Assembly (NCBI GenBank): GCA_963761335.1 | Contig: CAVXGR010000008.1 | Location: 1-64,000, forward strand | Direction: 5' to 3' | Length of the DNA stretch: 64,000 bases | Origin: an uncultured delta proteobacterium | GTDB lineage: Bacteria; Desulfobacterota; Binatia; HRBIN30; BPIQ01 | Shown here: positions 60,642 to 64,000 of the stretch, piece after piece | How positions within the stretch are numbered: position 1 is the first letter of the stretch | Layout of the letters: the number at the start of each line of letters is the position of its first letter | Notes under the pieces: model-generated | The model's database searches: none | Told to the model about the DNA's origin: nothing | Seen by the model: the letters and a program-made list of their open reading frames with translations, nothing else | Translations under genes and position numbers: made by a program

Positions 60642-62774
60642 ATGCGCGACCGTGTCAAGGTCAAGTCGATCCGGGAAGGCGCCGCGGGAGCTCTGATCTG
60701 TCTGCTCGCCGTGGCCGTGCCCGCCTTTGCGCAGCAGTCGCCGACCTGTGTCGATTCGACGCGCACCGTCTTTGCCGGTGGCCAGGGGAGCGAAGGATGC
60801 CATCAGTACTCGAGCCAGGAAGACTGCGAGATGGCATACATCAACGGGGGCTCCGGTGTCGCATCCTGCTATTGGAGCGATTCCGCCTGTCAGGGCTGCG
60901 GCATCGACAACGAGAGCATCGGTGATTGCACCAATACGTGTATTCCAGCGCGCACCTGCGCCAACGACACCTCCCGCTCCAACTTTGCAGGGTTCGACGC
61001 CGACCAGGGGGACGGCTGTGACAACCTCAGCGGCAACCAGGCCGAATGCCTTCAGTCCTTCGTCCAGGGTTACGATGTGATCGAGGCGTGTGCCTACAAC
61101 AGCGGATCCGACACCTGCTTCGCCTGCGACCCGGAGAACGAGGCCAACGGCGTGTGCGCCAACAGTTGCCTGCCGGCGCTGCTCTGCCAGGGGCAGCCGT
61201 CGCGGACGATCTTCGCCGGCGGTCCCGGAAACGAGGCCTGCCATCAATTCGACACCGACACATCGTCCTGCTCGCAGGCCTTCCACCGCGATCAGAGCGG
61301 CGACATCGCTTCGTGCTTCGTCGCCTTCGACTGTGTGCCCTGCGGCCGCGGGAGTGGCGGCACGCAGTGCATCAACAGCTGCGTACCGACACCGACGTGC
61401 CTGGACGGGGCACGGACGAACTTCGTCGGTGGCCCTTTCACGGCGGCTTGCCGCGTTTACGACAACAACCAGTCGGCTTGCGAGCAGTCGTATGCGATGT
61501 CGAGCGACGGCGTGGTGTCGTGCTATTTCGACACCAATTCGAATTCCTGCCGCGGCTGTGGCCCAGAGGCGGGCAACAGCTGCACCAACTCCTGCATACC
61601 GCCGCCGACGTGCGCCAATGACTCGAACCGCACGATCTTCACGGGCGGTCCCGACTCGGAAGCCTGTCGTCAATTCGACGGCGATCCGAACAACTGTGAT
61701 ACAGCCTTCGCGCGCAGCTCGATGGGTATCACCTCGTGCTTCTACACCGGCGGCGAGTGCCAAGGATGCGGGCCCAACAACGAGGGCCGCTCCTGTCAGA
61801 ACGACTGCGTGTCGCCGCCGCCATGCATGGAGGACCCGAATCGCCCGGTCTTCGCCGGTAGCCTCGACAACCAAGGCTGCGGCCAGTTCAACGGCAACCA
61901 GAGCGGCTGCGATACGGCCTATGTCCGTGACTACAACGGTGGGGTCACCTCGTGCTTCTACACGAACGGAGAATGCACCGGCTGCGGACCGGGCGACGAG
62001 GGCACCAGTTGCTCGAACGAATGCATCCCACCTCCGACGTGTAACAACGATCCGAACCGCATCGTCTTCACGGGCGGTCCCAACTCGGCAGCCTGCCGTC
62101 AATTTGACGGAAACCAGAGCAGCTGCGAGACGGCCTTTGCCCGCAGTTCCGACGGCATCACGTCGTGCTTCTATCAGGCCTCGGACGATACCTGCCGCGG
62201 TTGTGGTCCGGGCAACGTGGGCGTGGCATGCCAAAACGAGTGCGTGTCTCCGCCGCCGTGTCCGCAAGATGGGACGCGCACCATTTTCACCGGCGGATCG
62301 GAAAGCGAGGGTTGTCACCAGTTCGACGGCAATCCGGTGGGCTGCGCCACGGCGTACAACGAGGGCGACGCCGGAATCGCGTCGTGCTACTACGCCGGCG
62401 GCCGGTGCCGCGGCTGTGGGCCGGACAACGTCAACTCAGGGAAATGCGTGAACACCTGCGTGCCGACGCCGATGTGCGCGAACGATCCCTCTCGAGCCTT
62501 GTTTGGGTGCGGCAACTACAACGACGACATCTCCGCCTGCAATCACGCCTTCGGAGTGGATCAAAGCGGCGGGCCGATCTCTTGTGTGGCCGTCCAGAAC
62601 TGCAGGGGCTGCGGGCCGAGCAATCAAGCGAACGGGCGCTGCACGAATGCGTGCGACATGCTGCCTCCAGCCAAGGCCCCGGTGATGTCCGGCTACGGTA
62701 TCTTTGCCGCCGTGCTGATGTTGCTCGCCGTCGGAGCCTCGGCGCTGTGGACGCAACGCCGCCTGCGGGCCTGA
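60642..62774 (+). CDS. Surface protein with nine ~70-aa 8-Cys repeats and IPTL-CTERM-like anchor, 710 aa
   Basis: Signal ...LLAVAVPAFA-Q; nine repeats C...R.IF.GG...C.QFDG...C..AF...SCFY...C.GCGP...C.N.C; tail APVMSGYGIFAAVLMLLAVGASALWTQRRLRA. Confidence 0.88.
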   Translation: MRDRVKVKSIREGAAGALICLLAVAVPAFAQQSPTCVDSTRTVFAGGQGSEGCHQYSSQEDCEMAYINGGSGVASCYWSDSACQGCGIDNESIGDCTNTCIPARTCANDTSRSNFAGFDADQGDGCDNLSGNQAECLQSFVQGYDVIEACAYNSGSDTCFACDPENEANGVCANSCLPALLCQGQPSRTIFAGGPGNEACHQFDTDTSSCSQAFHRDQSGDIASCFVAFDCVPCGRGSGGTQCINSCVPTPTCLDGARTNFVGGPFTAACRVYDNNQSACEQSYAMSSDGVVSCYFDTNSNSCRGCGPEAGNSCTNSCIPPPTCANDSNRTIFTGGPDSEACRQFDGDPNNCDTAFARSSMGITSCFYTGGECQGCGPNNEGRSCQNDCVSPPPCMEDPNRPVFAGSLDNQGCGQFNGNQSGCDTAYVRDYNGGVTSCFYTNGECTGCGPGDEGTSCSNECIPPPTCNNDPNRIVFTGGPNSAACRQFDGNQSSCETAFARSSDGITSCFYQASDDTCRGCGPGNVGVACQNECVSPPPCPQDGTRTIFTGGSESEGCHQFDGNPVGCATAYNEGDAGIASCYYAGGRCRGCGPDNVNSGKCVNTCVPTPMCANDPSRALFGCGNYNDDISACNHAFGVDQSGGPISCVAVQNCRGCGPSNQANGRCTNACDMLPPAKAPVMSGYGIFAAVLMLLAVGASALWTQRRLRA

Positions 62775-62777
62775 TGA

Positions 62778-62875
62778 GGGAGGCGGCGGAAGTAGCGCGG
62801 CGAGACACCAGCGGCACAATTCAAGGTGCGCACGACGTTGGAGAGGTCGCTGAAGCCGACGTCGTAGGTGAGAGC
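62778..62875 (-). pseudogene. AraC-family HTH C-terminal remnant
   Basis: LTYDVGFSDLSNVVRTLNCAAGVSPRYFRR resembles the AraC signature; no upstream body. Confidence 0.6.
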
Positions 62876-63017
62876 TTCGAGACGCCGTCGGAGTTCCGTT
62901 GGCGAGGTGCTCGCGGGGAGAGCGAGCCGAATTCCGCGGTCAAGAGAAGGTCGTCGAGTCGCTGCCGCGGCGTGGCCTTCCGAGCCCCGCAAAGTTGGCG
63001 CACCCCGACCTGCAGTG

Positions 63018-63034
63018 ATATGGGTGGCCCATAT
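63018..63034. promoter_or_regulatory. Palindromic operator overlapping the vapB start
   Basis: ATATGGG-TGG-CCCATAT. Confidence 0.55.
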
Positions 63035-63281
63035 GAAGACGACCATCGATATTGCCGACCCGCTCCTGCGCCGCGCCAAGCAGCTTGCGGCGCGGCGGCA
63101 CACCACCCTGAAAGCGGTGATCGAGGAGGCTCTGCGTCGTTCTCTTGGAGAGGAATCGCGCGCCCGGCGACCGCCACGTCTGCGCACACACACCTTTGGC
63201 GGGCGCGGTCTGCAACCGGGCTTGTCCTGGGACGACTGGAATACACTGCGGTCCCTTGCGTATGAGGAGCGCGGCGGGTGA
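63033..63281 (+). CDS. vapB: VapB-type antitoxin (DUF2191/RHH-like)
   Basis: MKTTIDIADPLLRRAKQLAA...TLKAVIEEALR; GTGA overlap with the toxin. Confidence 0.88.
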   Translation: MKTTIDIADPLLRRAKQLAARRHTTLKAVIEEALRRSLGEESRARRPPRLRTHTFGGRGLQPGLSWDDWNTLRSLAYEERGG

Positions 63282-63706
63282 TCGCCGTCGACACCAACCT
63301 CCTGCTGTACGCGCATCGCGAGGATTCTCCCTGGCATGAAGCGGCGGGCGAACGCCTCGGCGACCTGGCGCGCGGGCCATGGGCGATCCCGTGGCCCTGC
63401 ATTCACGAGTTTATCGCCATTGCCACGCACCCGCGGGTCTTCGACCCACCGTCGCCCCTCGACGACGCGCTGAGCGCGGTCGACAGCTGGCGCCGCGTCG
63501 GTACCTTGTCTCTATTGCAGGAAGTCGACGGATACTGGGAGGTGCTGGCTCCGCTGCTGCGGTCCTCCCGCGTCGCCGGTCCGAGAGTTCACGACGCTCG
63601 CATCGCCGCCCTGTGTATTCAACATGCGGTCACCGAGCTCTGGACTGCCGACCGCGATTTTTCCCGCTTCGGCGGCTTGAAGACTCGCAATCCGCTGGCT
63701 GGCTGA
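63278..63706 (+). CDS. vapC: VapC PIN-domain toxin
   Basis: VDTNLLLYAH, EF, HDARIAA, TADRDFSRF. Confidence 0.93.
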   Translation: MIAVDTNLLLYAHREDSPWHEAAGERLGDLARGPWAIPWPCIHEFIAIATHPRVFDPPSPLDDALSAVDSWRRVGTLSLLQEVDGYWEVLAPLLRSSRVAGPRVHDARIAALCIQHAVTELWTADRDFSRFGGLKTRNPLAG

Positions 63707-63804
63707 GGGACAGGCCTCACGTACGAGGCTCGGCGCTCGTGCCGGCCGTCGAGCCCGGCGCCGCAACGTTTGTTCAGTCCCGTTACCGTGCTAAGCATCC
63801 CGCC

Positions 63805-64000
63805 ATGGACATCCAACAGATCTTCATGGCGTATGCCGCGGACTTCGAGAAGACTTTTGTCGACGACGACTGGAGCCGCCTGCTGCCGTACTTCGCCGAC
63901 GACGCGGTCTATGAGGTGAAGGCGACGTCGTTCGGGTGCCGCCTGGTCGGTCCACAGGCGATTCTCGCCGGCATGAAGAAGTCGCTCGACGGCTTCGACC
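63805..64000 (+). CDS. NTF2/SnoaL-like protein (partial, runs off the window)
   Basis: MDIQQIFMAYAADFEKTFVDDDWSRLLPYFADDAVYEV. Confidence 0.7.
   Translation, partial: MDIQQIFMAYAADFEKTFVDDDWSRLLPYFADDAVYEVKATSFGCRLVGPQAILAGMKKSLDGFD

Overview
GC-rich bacterial chromosomal window. The gene content and the C-terminal dockerin/EF-hand-like domains suggest a Deltaproteobacteria-like lineage such as Ca. Binatia; this is inference only. About 0-34 kb is mixed metabolic and housekeeping genes: thioesterase, radical SAM, rpiA-zwf-opcA, UbiB kinase-ltaE, SDR, GST, budA, attenuator-controlled ilvBN, MFS, two Bor-like lipoproteins, DsbA-LLM, CDF, CBS proteins, gshB-rsmE-prmA. It also holds two secreted dockerin-like proteins and at least five families of intergenic palindromic or tandem repeats. 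About 34-53 kb is core genome: cvpA-dnaG with no rpoD, tRNA-Ile2, a zinc-ribbon protein, rnpB, and a dcw cluster lacking rsmH, murE and ddl. About 53.6-63.7 kb looks like an accessory island with gene remnants near both ends. It carries an 11-bp-period TGTAAG direct repeat, a 1164-aa secreted mosaic protein, a 59-aa ORF absent from the ORF track, a MalT-like STAND/TPR/wHTH-BTAD regulator, a surface protein with nine 8-Cys repeats, and vapBC. This island is the best candidate for an undescribed system. All calls come from reading motifs; no database searches were run.
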